DNA of 64,000 nt, taken from positions 7,999 to 71,998 of IMG/VR virus record IMGVR_UViG_3300032247_001802, one strand, 5' to 3'. Under the pieces are notes generated by a model. The model made no database searches and was not told the origin of the DNA. It saw only the letters and a program-made list of their open reading frames with translations. The DNA comes from a virus. Taxonomy: Duplodnaviria > Caudoviricetes. Below are positions 63,960 through 64,000 of this stretch, piece after piece. How positions within the stretch are numbered: the first letter of the stretch is position 1; each line of letters begins with the position of its first letter. A program made the position numbers and the translations under genes.

Positions 63960-64000
63960 TCTTATTTGCTAATAAGAAAATAGCAAATATAACTTTAAAA

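Noticed and set aside
1-64000. Stop-codon reassignment
   Set aside because: Long conserved genes are intact in code 11, and TAG (4283, 60853) and TGA (29460 and the ATGA overlaps) end genes at expected positions.

Overview
Very AT-rich (roughly 25% G+C by eye) segment of a large tailed-phage genome, read in the standard genetic code with no host chromosomal context. 1-19.5 kb is a non-contractile (siphovirus-type) tail module: tail tube, chaperone-like genes, a 2102-aa tape measure protein, a lambda-like M-L-K-I-J tail-tip cassette on the opposite strand, and a tube paralogue. 20-35.6 kb is replication and recombination: split DNA polymerase III alpha, DEDDh exonuclease, primase, ThyX, DnaB, RecA and nucleases. 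35.6-47.3 kb is a tightly coupled operon of three GDP-sugar enzymes, about eight glycosyltransferases and two methyltransferases, with further glycosyltransferases at 21-24 kb and 57-58 kb. 47-52 kb holds probable virion genes, a tmRNA and an unexplained promoter-driven structured RNA. 51-62 kb is nucleotide metabolism (PurA, GuaC-like reductase, dCMP deaminase, dNMP kinase, NrdAB) plus a phage sigma factor. The end carries three tRNAs, one with the very unusual Ser(ACT) anticodon. Strongest leads: (1) the candidate novel ncRNA at about 50235-50460; (2) tRNA-Ser(ACT); (3) a possible virion O-glycosylation system (large GT operon plus strong S/T-G enrichment in the distal tail-tip protein); (4) GF(I/V)PNF-delimited cargo, including a nuclease-like segment, inside the tape measure protein; (5) a GTGTAAW late-promoter motif together with pervasive leaderless transcripts. 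All family calls come from motif recognition by eye; no database search was run.
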